From an uncultured Pseudomonadota bacterium (GTDB lineage Bacteria; Pseudomonadota; Alphaproteobacteria; RF32; CAG-239): a stretch of 64,000 nucleotides of DNA. Shown here one piece after another: positions 26,571-36,668 of the stretch (its first letter is position 1; the number at the start of each line of letters is the position of its first letter). The translations under genes were made by a program, and so were the position numbers. The notes under the pieces were generated by a model that worked only from the letters and a program-made list of their open reading frames with translations, was not told where the DNA came from and searched no databases. Where the stretch lies: assembly GCA_949286215.1 (NCBI GenBank), contig CASDYX010000005.1, positions 1,069-65,068 on the forward strand, read 5' to 3'.

Positions 26571-28351
26571 CAGCGACCTCGATTATAACGATTTTTACGA
26601 TATTCTTGATAAATAAACGCCCGCAACAACCCTCCCGGATCCTCGGGAATTTCACGATATTGTTGCTCGCGAGCCTGAACTTCTTCATTATATTTAGTAT
26701 TTTCGTCCCCTTCTTGCAATGCTTGAGGAATTGGTGAAGCGTCTTTTTTGGCTTCTTTATTCTCTTTATCAAGTGGGGCTTTATTTTCTTGCTCATCAAC
26801 AGCTTGAGACGGGGTGGATTTATCCTCTTTTTCTTCTTGTTTGCTTTGAGAGGATTGTTCTTTTTGTTGTGTGTTTTCTTGCTTAGAGGAATTTTGTGCT
26901 TGGTTCTTATCCTCTGGATTTTGCTGAGAATCCTGAGCGCTCTGAGAGGATTGCTGTTCATTGCTCTCTGATTGCGACTTGTTTTGTTGATTTGAAGATG
27001 AAGAATCTTGGTTTTCTTGCTGGTCTTTATTATCTTGCTGATTTTGTGAAGATGAAGACTGTTGCTGTTGTTGCTGTTTTTGTTGCTTCAAATACTCCAA
27101 ATTAAATTTGGCGTCTTCATGATTGGGAGTGGTCTTTAGAACTTCCTCATATTTTTTAATGGCTTCATCTAACTTACCGCTTTTGGCCAAGGCGTTGCCC
27201 TGATTATAAAGCGCTTCAGCATCTTGCGAAGATGAAAACAACTCAAAAGCTTTTTTGTAATCTCCTTGACGATAATAGCTGGAGGCTTGCCAATTCTTAT
27301 CCTCAAAAGTTTGAGCGGCTTTTTCATATTGTCCGGCATTGAAGGCTTTTAGGGCATCTTGATTATTATTGGTCAAAAATCCGGCTTGCGCGGTTGGCAT
27401 CATCATAACCATTAGGGTAATGATTAAAATTCCGCGACGGAAAAAATACAAACAGAACAATAGCGGCAACAGTGTTAAATAATAGCCATAATCAAGCCAA
27501 GAAAGGCGCATATTTTCACTTTGTTTTAACTGCTCGGAGGCTTCGGCATTTATCACATTGGCCAGAGTTTGAATATCGGCATCGTTTGAGGAAGTGCGAA
27601 TATACTCACCACCGCCGCTTTTAGCCAACATTTTTAGTCTTTCGGAATCTCCTTTTTGCATGGCTACAACATTGACCCTAAAACCTGATGTTTTAGCTCT
27701 TTCAGCTGCTCTTAGTGCAAAGTCTAATCTCTCGCCGATATCCGAACTAAAAATGACGATATTGCCTTTGGCATATCCGGCATTTTTAAATTTCTCCACC
27801 GCTAAATCTATAGCACGGTCGGGGCGATCGCCGTTTGAAGGCATAAGGCTAAAATCAAGCCTTGGCAAAAGGTTGTTTAACAAACGGGTGTCTTCGGTCA
27901 GAGGGCTGATTAAGTACGGCTCATCACTATAAACTATCAAACCGCTTTGCGTGGCGGGTATCATCTTCAAAAAGTCTGAAATCTCAAACTTGGCACGCGT
28001 GAGGCGGCTTGGAGTTAAGTCTTTTTCGGCCATGTCGGTTGAGAGGTTGAGCGCAATCATTACCGGATTTTCAGGCGTCATATTAGGGATTTCTTGTTTC
28101 TTCCAGGTCGGGCCGGCGGCGGCAATAATTCCTAAAACAAATCCCAACATTCCCAACCACAAGATAAATTTTCTTTGTGTGGAACTGCCCTTTACCAACA
28201 AAAAATCAAGCAAATTTTTATCGCAGACATTAGCCCAGGAGGAAACTCTTGCTAAGCCTTGAAACTGCTTCCACGAAAAGAGAAGCGGAATAACCAACAA
28301 TACCAAAACTAAAGGGCGAATAAAATGAAATTCGGTTATAAATTCTGACAT
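26570..28351 (-). CDS. VWA + TPR fusion (BatB/BatC-like)
   Basis: FHFIRP, DLTPSRLTRAK, SPLTED, TPR YNQGNALAK, Q-rich linker, IPEDPGGLLR; MIDAS degenerate (NLSTDM). Confidence 0.88.
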   Translation of the reverse strand: MSEFITEFHFIRPLVLVLLVIPLLFSWKQFQGLARVSSWANVCDKNLLDFLLVKGSSTQRKFILWLGMLGFVLGIIAAAGPTWKKQEIPNMTPENPVMIALNLSTDMAEKDLTPSRLTRAKFEISDFLKMIPATQSGLIVYSDEPYLISPLTEDTRLLNNLLPRLDFSLMPSNGDRPDRAIDLAVEKFKNAGYAKGNIVIFSSDIGERLDFALRAAERAKTSGFRVNVVAMQKGDSERLKMLAKSGGGEYIRTSSNDADIQTLANVINAEASEQLKQSENMRLSWLDYGYYLTLLPLLFCLYFFRRGILIITLMVMMMPTAQAGFLTNNNQDALKAFNAGQYEKAAQTFEDKNWQASSYYRQGDYKKAFELFSSSQDAEALYNQGNALAKSGKLDEAIKKYEEVLKTTPNHEDAKFNLEYLKQQKQQQQQQSSSSQNQQDNKDQQENQDSSSSNQQNKSQSESNEQQSSQSAQDSQQNPEDKNQAQNSSKQENTQQKEQSSQSKQEEKEDKSTPSQAVDEQENKAPLDKENKEAKKDASPIPQALQEGDENTKYNEEVQAREQQYREIPEDPGGLLRAFIYQEYRKNRYNRGR

Positions 28352-28354
28352 TTT

Positions 28355-29359
28355 TTATCTTCCCTTTCTGATTTGCCATACCAAAAGCATTCCCAAAACT
28401 AACGCCGCTAACAACGGAATATAGTAATATTCTTTGGTCTCTTGAACAAAGTTATCTTCATTTTGGGTGGGTTCAAGCTCATCAATGGCGGCATAAACTT
28501 GCTGCAAGCTCTCGGTATCGCGGGCACGGAAATAAGTGCCTGAAGTGTCATCAGCAATTTGTTTAAGGCCGGCTTCATCTACCTCGCCACCCAATCTTAG
28601 TCCAAAGAAAGAGGAAAAGTCTCTTCTATCTCCCCCAACGCCGATTGTGTAAATTTTTACTCCGGCTTCTTTGGCTAATTTGATAGCTTGAGGCAAAGTT
28701 ATTGCACCGTCGTTATTCTCGCCATCGGTCAAAAGAATGATGACTTTATCTTGCGCATTGGGACTATCTTTCAGGCTTTTGAGTGCCAAGCCCAGAGCAT
28801 CACCTATAGCCGTGGAATTTCCGGCCATTCCTGCCTGCATGGAATAGAGAATTTGCTTAACAGCGGCTTTATCATAAGTAATCGGGGATTGCAGATAAGC
28901 CCTTGTGCCAAACAATATCAGCCCTATTCTGTCATCGGCACGGCGGTCGATAAATTCGCCGGCAACTTTTTTAACGGCATTCAGCCTACTTACCGGACGA
29001 CGATTTATCACAAAATCAGGTTCTTCCATAGAATTTGAAATATCCATCACCAGCAAGACATCTCGGCTTTGGCTATGGATACGAATCGGCTCTCCGACCC
29101 ATTGCGGGCGAGACATGGCACAAACCAATAAAGCAAAGACGGCAAACAACTCCCAAAAATGAAGCGAGAGTTTTGAAGAATCGCTTACATTGACTTGCCC
29201 CCAAACGCTTCCCGACTTCAGATTAATATTGGCTAAATCTTTCAAAAAAGGAACGTGCAGAGCGTCGCCATGCATTCCTTTTAGGGGAGAAAATAAATAG
29301 CGTACGACAAAAGGCAGCAAGAGCAACAAAAACATTAAGGGATAGGCAATATGTATCAT
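28355..29359 (-). CDS. batA: VWA domain protein BatA
   Basis: RPQW, DISNSM MIDAS, TAIGDALG, LLTDGENN, KIYTIGVG; start overlaps the upstream stop. Confidence 0.9.
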   Translation of the reverse strand: MIHIAYPLMFLLLLLPFVVRYLFSPLKGMHGDALHVPFLKDLANINLKSGSVWGQVNVSDSSKLSLHFWELFAVFALLVCAMSRPQWVGEPIRIHSQSRDVLLVMDISNSMEEPDFVINRRPVSRLNAVKKVAGEFIDRRADDRIGLILFGTRAYLQSPITYDKAAVKQILYSMQAGMAGNSTAIGDALGLALKSLKDSPNAQDKVIILLTDGENNDGAITLPQAIKLAKEAGVKIYTIGVGGDRRDFSSFFGLRLGGEVDEAGLKQIADDTSGTYFRARDTESLQQVYAAIDELEPTQNEDNFVQETKEYYYIPLLAALVLGMLLVWQIRKGR

Positions 29360-29817
29360 AGATTTTCTCCTATCCATGAAATGCAAAATTGTTTGATTTC
29401 TTTTATCTCTTTTGTGCCATAGCCCTTGGCATTCTCATTCATATAAGGGGCATTTAACAACAAGCCTGCTTCTGCTTCATTTAATTTTTGGCGGCAATGG
29501 AGGTGCAAAAAATCAAGCCAATCTTGTCCATAGAGAGTGGCCGCTTTAGGATATTTCAGGACACAAATTCGGCGCAGAATTTCGGATGCTTGTTTGGCGG
29601 CCAAGACGGGGTTAGCCTCGGCTATGGCTTCAATTAATTTTCGAGCGTAGCGTTTTTTGCTTTTGCGGCGCAAATACAAGATAACTTTGATGAGCACAAT
29701 CGCCCCAATGATACTGAGCCCAATCACCCACCAGCCATAGGCCAGAGGAAAAGCCGAAACGCCATCGGGCAAATGAATATCTCTTAATTCGGGTAAATTA
29801 TCTTGCAGTTGAGGCAT
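29356..29817 (-). CDS. DUF4381 family protein
   Basis: LRDIHLP, WW plus TM helix, LYGQDWLDFL. Confidence 0.85.
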   Translation of the reverse strand: MPQLQDNLPELRDIHLPDGVSAFPLAYGWWVIGLSIIGAIVLIKVILYLRRKSKKRYARKLIEAIAEANPVLAAKQASEILRRICVLKYPKAATLYGQDWLDFLHLHCRQKLNEAEAGLLLNAPYMNENAKGYGTKEIKEIKQFCISWIGENL

Positions 29818-29842
29818 GTTTTGTTCCTTTCTTCGCTTTTAT

Positions 29843-29871
29843 AAATTTAAGCGTTTCATCCTTAAAAATCA
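29843..29871 (-). promoter_or_regulatory. Promoter TTGATT-N17-TAAATT for the bat operon
   Basis: Exact spacer, between a terminator and the DUF4381 RBS. Confidence 0.55.
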
Positions 29872-29900
29872 ACCCGAACAAATAAAGAATCACAAAATGA

Positions 29901-29926
29901 TTAAGGGCAACCAAAGTTGCCCTTAA
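29901..29926 (-). terminator. Hairpin terminator
   Basis: TTAAGGGCAAC-caaa-GTTGCCCTTAA. Confidence 0.7.
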
Positions 29927-29930
29927 CTTG

Positions 29931-31181
29931 CTACTTAAAATAGGTAAAACGGCACCTTTGCGATAAGATTTCATTATCTTTGAGGTTTTGTGTGCCATTG
30001 GCAATCATTTCTATCACTCGGTCGTCATTGTCATATTCGGTATGGGCCGTAACCGGATTGACCACACCGGCTCCAAAGACCGATATTTCTTCAGCAATGT
30101 TGATATTAACATTCGTGACTTCGGGACACATTCTGGAATCAATGTAATTATCAACAAATTCTTGCGGCAGACCATAGCTCAACAAATCATTCGGGTCAGA
30201 AAACGCCACAATATTTATGCGCTTAAAGACACGGCTTTTATAGTTTTTGCCTTTCTTGCTGCAATAAGACGGAATTTGTCCGGTTACTTGAGGTTGCGGA
30301 CCGGCAATTTGTAACAGAGGTAATTGGTTTGCCAGCATAAATACCGTCATTTCTTTGTTTTGCAGTTCTTCCAAAATCAACCGGACATCGGCACGTTGTT
30401 TGATTTGTTCTTGCTCATCAAGAGCGGCAACCGTGTTAACAATGTCAGTTAAGCTATCCATTAAGATTTTACTGCCCAAACTATGGGTAATGAAAATGAT
30501 ATTATCTCGCGTTAAATCTTTGATTTGGTTATAGGAAGAAACGGTACAAATCTGCTTTTTGTTTGGTTCAAGCTGTTCCCAAGAACGACTTAACATCCAA
30601 CAGGTGGATTGCTTAGTTGCATTTAAGATATGGTTATTTTTATCGGTGACATAAATCTCGGGGTCAGGAATAACATCATCCAAAAACTTTTTCATGGTAT
30701 GGTTAAATGCGGCTCTCTTATGCTCATAAAGCCCAGAAGTATCATAATCTAAAATACGTTTTTGGGTTGATGTGTTAATTGACCAACTCAATTCATAAAA
30801 AATCAAATCTTTGGTGCCGGTTTCATTTTGCATGCGGGTCACGCGCAAATTACCAATCTCGGTCTTTTTATCATCAGGATCAATCAAGACGATATTTTTA
30901 TCACGACGTGAGAAAACATTTAGCCCCATACTCTTAGCCAAATTCTCTCTAATACGGGTAGCATAGCCCGGCGTATGCGTGCCAACCCCGTGAACCATCA
31001 TAACCTTAACAACTTTGTTTTGCTTAAACATATCGTTAATTCCGGGTAAGGGCGTACCTTGAATTTCACACTGGCGAGTGTCTTCCTTTTGGTCGTTTAA
31101 CAAGGCTTCGGCTACTCCTCTGCCAAAAGAGGCGCACCCACTCAAACTCATCATGATTAAAATCAGTAGTATTTTTTGCAT
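29931..31181 (-). CDS. Lipoprotein with alpha/beta-hydrolase motifs
   Basis: LSGC lipobox; VHGVG, THSLG, NDLLSY, AHTEY. Confidence 0.75.
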   Translation of the reverse strand: MQKILLILIMMSLSGCASFGRGVAEALLNDQKEDTRQCEIQGTPLPGINDMFKQNKVVKVMMVHGVGTHTPGYATRIRENLAKSMGLNVFSRRDKNIVLIDPDDKKTEIGNLRVTRMQNETGTKDLIFYELSWSINTSTQKRILDYDTSGLYEHKRAAFNHTMKKFLDDVIPDPEIYVTDKNNHILNATKQSTCWMLSRSWEQLEPNKKQICTVSSYNQIKDLTRDNIIFITHSLGSKILMDSLTDIVNTVAALDEQEQIKQRADVRLILEELQNKEMTVFMLANQLPLLQIAGPQPQVTGQIPSYCSKKGKNYKSRVFKRINIVAFSDPNDLLSYGLPQEFVDNYIDSRMCPEVTNVNINIAEEISVFGAGVVNPVTAHTEYDNDDRVIEMIANGTQNLKDNEILSQRCRFTYFK

Positions 31182-31283
31182 CGGCTTAGTCCATAAATTT
31201 TATTAATTGCGCGAATTTTAATTTATCTTAAAGATTATTGCAATATCATGTAGAAACTAAATAATAACTTGGTATGTATAACA

Positions 31284-31721
31284 ATGAAAGTTCTGGTACA
31301 AAGAGTAACTTCGGCATCTGTGAAAGTGGATAAAAAAATTGTCGGCAAAATCGCTAAGGGATTTTTGCTGTTTATCGGCGTGCAAAAAGGTGACACCCCG
31401 CAACAAGCCGATTATTTGGCTAAAAAAGTTGCTAATTTGCGTATTTTTGAAGACGATGACGGAAAAATGAACCTCTCTATCCAAGATGTCGACGGTGAAG
31501 TCTTAGCCATTTCGCAATTCACTTTAGCCGGAGATACATCGCGTGGGAATCGCCCCGGATTTGAAACTGCCGCACGACCGGAAGAAGCCAAACCCTTATA
31601 TGAATATTTTGTGCAGCAGCTGAAAAGCTACAACCTTAAAGTCGAAACCGGAATTTTTCAGGCGGAGATGTTGGTGTCTTTGGTCAACGACGGACCGTGC
31701 ACCTTTATTTTGGAAAAATAA
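31284..31721 (+). CDS. dtd: D-aminoacyl-tRNA deacylase
   Basis: [21 protein letters not shown]. Confidence 0.95.
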   Translation: MKVLVQRVTSASVKVDKKIVGKIAKGFLLFIGVQKGDTPQQADYLAKKVANLRIFEDDDGKMNLSIQDVDGEVLAISQFTLAGDTSRGNRPGFETAARPEEAKPLYEYFVQQLKSYNLKVETGIFQAEMLVSLVNDGPCTFILEK

Positions 31722-31776
31722 AAATAAATTTTAACCTTTTTGACTTATTCTTATTCAAGCTAAAAGGATTATTAAG

Positions 31777-32595
31777 ATGAGTGATGAACAAAACCAATTA
31801 ACACAACCAATTCAAGCTCAGGTAGGAGAACTGCCGATTACGAGTTTTCCGACTATTTATAAGTTATTGGTAAAATTAAACTATGCGCAACAAGATGAAA
31901 TTTTGCACCTAGAAAAGCAGCTTTATCACTTGACTAAAGAAAGTCCTAATGACATAAACGGCTTGATTTTGCTCATGCAAGAGCAGATTATGCGCGGAGA
32001 ACAACAAAAAGCCAAGGCCCTCGCCTACAAAATTTGGGACTTGGGCGGTGATATGTCGCCGGCTATGGAGGCTTTATTTATCTCCAACCTTATCAATCTT
32101 GGGCTTACAGATATGGCCGGTGTTTTGCTCAAACCTAAATTTGACGCCACAAAAAGTTTTATTAATATCTTTTTTGCGCAGATGATTAAATATGCAGCCA
32201 TCGTCGGCAATTTGGATTATTTGGAAAGAATCGCCGTTTGCGATGCAAATTTTGACAGGAAAAAAGCTCTGCAGGAATTTATTAATGTCTTCAAATATTT
32301 GAACGCGCTTGAGCATTTCAAAACTTTGCAAAAAACTTTAATCAATATGATTAAAGATGTGGTTTTGAGCCTTGATTTTAATCTATATACCGACCGCGGC
32401 TTCACAGATTTGGAAATTGTCGTCTTTGTGGGGGACGAGGCCGGAGACAAGGAAGTTTTACGTAACAAACTTGAAATGCAAATTACCGCTTATTGTGCGG
32501 CAAAATCACTCCCCAGATTCAACAACTTATGCTATGTGGTTCGCTCAATTAAAGAGCACCCGTCTTTGCTGGAGAGTTCGACACCGGCGTTATAA
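31777..32595 (+). CDS. Hypothetical protein
   Basis: 272 aa, AAGGA SD. Confidence 0.75.
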   Translation: MSDEQNQLTQPIQAQVGELPITSFPTIYKLLVKLNYAQQDEILHLEKQLYHLTKESPNDINGLILLMQEQIMRGEQQKAKALAYKIWDLGGDMSPAMEALFISNLINLGLTDMAGVLLKPKFDATKSFINIFFAQMIKYAAIVGNLDYLERIAVCDANFDRKKALQEFINVFKYLNALEHFKTLQKTLINMIKDVVLSLDFNLYTDRGFTDLEIVVFVGDEAGDKEVLRNKLEMQITAYCAAKSLPRFNNLCYVVRSIKEHPSLLESSTPAL

Positions 32596-33664
32596 TCGGC
32601 GGTAATCCGGCGTCATTATTCTTTTTGCGTTGTTTAATCTCTAACTCGGTAATGATTTTATCTGCCGCTTTGGCAAAAAGCTGTTTCATTAATTTAGAGG
32701 CGACTTCTTGCTCATCTTCGCTTGAATTAAACAAGACAAAGCGATTTTGGTGTTCGGTATTGGTTTCTTCCGTGGCGGGATTATAACTTTCAAGTGAAAT
32801 AACCATTTGCAAGCGGTTGGTTTCGGCATTTATCGGGTCAACCTTGGCACGCAAAACTTTCGGCGTTATCACAAAATCCGCCAATTCTTTTTTATCGGTA
32901 ATATAAAAGTACTCGCTTTTGACAAACATCTCACGCAGAATTTCTGAATATTTGGCTGAGGAAGTGTTATTGAAAAACTCTGTCGGCGAAATAAAAATCA
33001 GCCCTTTGCTAGCCGCTTTGGCCGCTAAATAATCATCCTCTTGCGATGAAGAAGGTTCTTCAATCGTTTGCGGAATTTCTTGTTGAACTTCGTCCGGTTG
33101 CGTTTCCGGTGCATAGAGAGCTTGTTTTTGCGAAACATCCACTTCTGATGGTTGTGTTTCTTGAGCAACAGTTTTTTGCTCCTCTACTGGCTCAATATCT
33201 TGCTGAGTTTCATTTATTTCTTCTTCGGGCTCAGATGCATTTTTTTGGCGATTTAAGGCCTCATCAATGGCGGCAAAAATGTTTTTGCCTGAAATGTAAC
33301 CCGTAACCTCAACACAAATTTCATCCGGAGTTTGCTTGGTGGTACGAATTGCCATGTCTTCAATGCTGTTATCTACCAAATTATAGACCATAACATTAAA
33401 ATCATGGTCATTCAATTCAACATGAGCATTCTTTAAATCAGGCAAAGAGCTAACAGCCAAATAACTTGCTTTGTCCGTTACTCGAACACGCACAGTTGAT
33501 CTAGCCTCTCCGGCTTTGATTTTTTCACAATCCGTGCCGTAAACAGAGATAACATCACTATCCAAAGACGATGTGTCTAAGGAAACATCATTATCTGCAG
33601 CTTGGGCTAAAGGCACGCCCAATAAGGCAACCACTAAAGCAGTTAAGAATCGCAACTTTACCAC
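32549..33664 (-). CDS. Hypothetical exported protein
   Basis: Signal peptide ending AQA, acidic E/Q/P linker; coupled to the upstream lipoprotein. Confidence 0.75.
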   Translation of the reverse strand: MVKLRFLTALVVALLGVPLAQAADNDVSLDTSSLDSDVISVYGTDCEKIKAGEARSTVRVRVTDKASYLAVSSLPDLKNAHVELNDHDFNVMVYNLVDNSIEDMAIRTTKQTPDEICVEVTGYISGKNIFAAIDEALNRQKNASEPEEEINETQQDIEPVEEQKTVAQETQPSEVDVSQKQALYAPETQPDEVQQEIPQTIEEPSSSQEDDYLAAKAASKGLIFISPTEFFNNTSSAKYSEILREMFVKSEYFYITDKKELADFVITPKVLRAKVDPINAETNRLQMVISLESYNPATEETNTEHQNRFVLFNSSEDEQEVASKLMKQLFAKAADKIITELEIKQRKKNNDAGLPPIITPVSNSPAKTGAL

Positions 33665-34182
33665 CAGCTTTTATCATCATTTTGAACTTGTTTAATTACC
33701 TGCGACCAATCTTTAAGAGGCGTATTATCTGCAGAATAAAGTGCTAAATGATACGAGATAGCCGGCATTGTGCTCCCTTGCAGAGCTATGGGTTTGGCAG
33801 AAATTTTGAGATAGTAATCAGCATCATTTAAATTGTTAACAACAGTATAAGTTTTAGAGCCTTCCAGAACATTTATGGTTTCGAGACGAGCTTGATAAAT
33901 ACCGTCAGGCGTATTTTCATCTTGTTTTTCCGGCGACATTACATAAATTTTCGGACGAGGTAATTTGTCATAATATTCGGAAGTTTCATCCAACAACTTA
34001 TTAACCGTGCGGTTGGCTACCAAAATATATGCCTCTGCCGAGGTATTCTCTTCTGTCAGAGGTTGAGGTTGCGCATAAGGCGTATCAACCACGTATTGTT
34101 CGTTTTCTTCCATAGCCTGATGACTGACCACCGTACAGGCTGCCAATAAGATATATGCAGATGCTGTCAGAAGTTTTTTCAT
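33658..34182 (-). CDS. Lipoprotein, weakly LpoB/CsgG-like
   Basis: LAAC lipobox; ADYYL...WSQVIK pattern; family assignment is tentative. Confidence 0.7.
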   Translation of the reverse strand: MKKLLTASAYILLAACTVVSHQAMEENEQYVVDTPYAQPQPLTEENTSAEAYILVANRTVNKLLDETSEYYDKLPRPKIYVMSPEKQDENTPDGIYQARLETINVLEGSKTYTVVNNLNDADYYLKISAKPIALQGSTMPAISYHLALYSADNTPLKDWSQVIKQVQNDDKSWW

Positions 34183-34343
34183 CTTTTATCCTTCAAATTT
34201 TTACCTTTTGTTAACCTTAATATAAAGGCATTTTTTTAAATCTCATTATCTTTTTTTAGTTATTCACTATTTGATAGGTGGTTGCTTTTTTTTATTATTC
34301 CGTTATTATGCCTGACGTATTGTTAATTTATCAGAGAAAATTT

Positions 34344-34787
34344 ATGGTTATTACCGCAAGCGCTATTTTAATCGGATTGTTACTTCTTATCCGCCCTTTG
34401 CAAAAAAACAGCTTCTATCTTCTCCATGCCGGAATCGTTATCTTGGGTGCTTATTATATTGAAACACACTATTTTAGGGTAACACCTTTTGCTCCCAAAA
34501 CGCTTCTGTTGTTTTTGGTTTATCAATTTGTGGTTATCAATCCCGTTACTTATTTGGCTTACTTTGTTGATAAACGTGCAGCTGTTCGCGGTGAGTGGCG
34601 CATTCCGGAAAGAAACTTACACGCATTGGAAATGCTCGGCGGTTGGAGTGGCGCTTTGCTCGCTCAAAAAACCTTACACCACAAAAACAAAAAGAAAAGC
34701 TATCAGGCTGAATTTGCTTTTGTTTTAATTATGCAAATCGGTTTTATTGTGGCTGCTCTGCAGTTCTTAGGGATTATCCACTTATAG
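34344..34787 (+). CDS. DUF1294 membrane protein
   Basis: DKRAA..GEWRIPERNLH...GGWSGA...HHK. Confidence 0.85.
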   Translation: MVITASAILIGLLLLIRPLQKNSFYLLHAGIVILGAYYIETHYFRVTPFAPKTLLLFLVYQFVVINPVTYLAYFVDKRAAVRGEWRIPERNLHALEMLGGWSGALLAQKTLHHKNKKKSYQAEFAFVLIMQIGFIVAALQFLGIIHL

Positions 34788-34847
34788 CTTGCATTAAGCA
34801 TAAAATTTTTTATTATACCTTATCTTTTGTATTTTTAAGGAAAAACG

Positions 34848-36635
34848 ATGATTGAAGATAAAATTCAAATTAATGAAGAGCCCAAAAAGCTTGAATTTAC
34901 AGAGCACTACAAAAAAATGTGGCCTTTCGTTAAACCTTATTTATTTAGGGCTATTTTAGCTATTTTAATTTGTATTCCTATCGGGGCTTTGGACTCGGTA
35001 GTAGCCTTGTCGTTAAAACCTTATATGGATGTGGTTTTGGTTGACAAATCCAGCTCTTCTCCAGCTTATATCCCGATTTTGATTATCGCATTTACATCGG
35101 TGCAAGGTTTTCTGAACTATGCCGCAACATATCTCAATACTTGGGTTGGAACCAAAATAAACCAAGATTTGAAGCGCGCTCTTTATAAAAAACTCTTGCA
35201 CATGCAAACTGCTTATTTTGATCAGCATAATTCCGGTTTTATTGTACAAAGATTTAATACCGACTGTGATATTGCTTGTTCGGGATTATTAGAGAATTTG
35301 AAGGTTTTCGTTTCTCGCTTCTTTTCTTCGGTTTCTTTGGTATGCGTGTTGATTTATAACTCTTGGCAGTTGGCGATTATCGCTGTTTTGATTTTGGGTT
35401 GCGCTTTACTTCCCTTATCGTCGGTTAGAAGAAGAATTAAACGCGTGGTTATGGGAAGTGTTGCAGAAGGAGCTAAAATTATTTCCAATTACACAGAAAC
35501 ATATTCAGGCAACAAAACTATTGCCTCCTATAATTTACAGAGCAAGATTTATAAAACCTATGATGACACTCTCCGCAATCTGTTTAAGCTCATGATTAAA
35601 ATGGTGCAAAAAACCGCTTGGATGACACCGGCTCTGCATATCATCGTTTCGATTGGTATCGGTGCGGTCATCGGCTATGGTAGCTATTTGATTGTAAACG
35701 GAACTATTACCAGCGGTAATTTCGTTTCTTTCATCACGGCTTTGATTATGCTCTATACGCCGATTAAAAGTATCGGTAAAAACTATAACGCCATGCAGGT
35801 TTCTTTTTTGGCAATCGAGCGTGTGGTTGAAATTTTGGAAACAGAACCGACCATTACCAATAAAGCTGATGCAAAAAAATTAAACGGCGTACACAAGTCT
35901 ATTCAATTTAATCATGTTGATTTTGAATATAATGAAGGAATTCCGGTATTAAAAGATATTAATCTTAACGTTAAGGCCGGTTCCACTATCGCCTTGGTCG
36001 GAAATTCGGGCGGCGGTAAGACAACTATTGTTAACCTTATTCCTCGTTTTTATGACGTTAAAAACGGCTCAATCACCATTGATGGAACAGATATCAGAGA
36101 TTTTTCATTGAAAAGCCTGCGCGATAATATTGCCGTGGTGTTCCAAGACAATTTCCTCTTTTCAGGCACAATTCGTGACAATATTTTGTTAGGTAAAGAA
36201 GATGCTACGGAAGAAGAAATTAACCAAGCAATTAAGATGGCTTGTTTGGATGAATTTATTTCTGAACTCAAAGACGGACTTGATACCAAAATCGGTGAAA
36301 GAGGTTCTTTGCTATCAGGTGGCCAACGCCAACGCTTAGCCATTGCCAGAGCTTTTATTAAAAATGCACCGGTGGTTATTTTGGATGAGGCAACATCTGC
36401 TTTGGATAATAAAGCCGAAGCCGTCGTTCAAAAAGCTATTGATAATTTGATGCAAGACAGAACCGTATTTGTGATTGCTCACCGCTTGTCAACCGTACAA
36501 AATGCCGATACAATTGTGGTTATTAATGACGGTGAAATTGTGGAACAAGGAACGCACGAGCAATTGTTAAACATTGAAAACGGTGCGTATAAAGCTTTGT
36601 ACAATGCTCAATTTAAGTCAAAGAAAGCCGCTTAA
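34848..36635 (+). CDS. msbA: ABC exporter, MsbA-like
   Basis: TM domain plus GNSGGGKT, LSGGQRQR, LDEATSALD, YKALYNAQF. Confidence 0.75.
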   Translation: MIEDKIQINEEPKKLEFTEHYKKMWPFVKPYLFRAILAILICIPIGALDSVVALSLKPYMDVVLVDKSSSSPAYIPILIIAFTSVQGFLNYAATYLNTWVGTKINQDLKRALYKKLLHMQTAYFDQHNSGFIVQRFNTDCDIACSGLLENLKVFVSRFFSSVSLVCVLIYNSWQLAIIAVLILGCALLPLSSVRRRIKRVVMGSVAEGAKIISNYTETYSGNKTIASYNLQSKIYKTYDDTLRNLFKLMIKMVQKTAWMTPALHIIVSIGIGAVIGYGSYLIVNGTITSGNFVSFITALIMLYTPIKSIGKNYNAMQVSFLAIERVVEILETEPTITNKADAKKLNGVHKSIQFNHVDFEYNEGIPVLKDINLNVKAGSTIALVGNSGGGKTTIVNLIPRFYDVKNGSITIDGTDIRDFSLKSLRDNIAVVFQDNFLFSGTIRDNILLGKEDATEEEINQAIKMACLDEFISELKDGLDTKIGERGSLLSGGQRQRLAIARAFIKNAPVVILDEATSALDNKAEAVVQKAIDNLMQDRTVFVIAHRLSTVQNADTIVVINDGEIVEQGTHEQLLNIENGAYKALYNAQFKSKKAA

Positions 36636-36668
36636 AAAAAGAAGAGCTCCCTTAAGGGAGCTTTTCTT

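Noticed and set aside
29798-30004. 68-aa ORF as a DUF58 remnant
   Set aside because: Crosses a terminator and promoter candidate and has no DUF58 features
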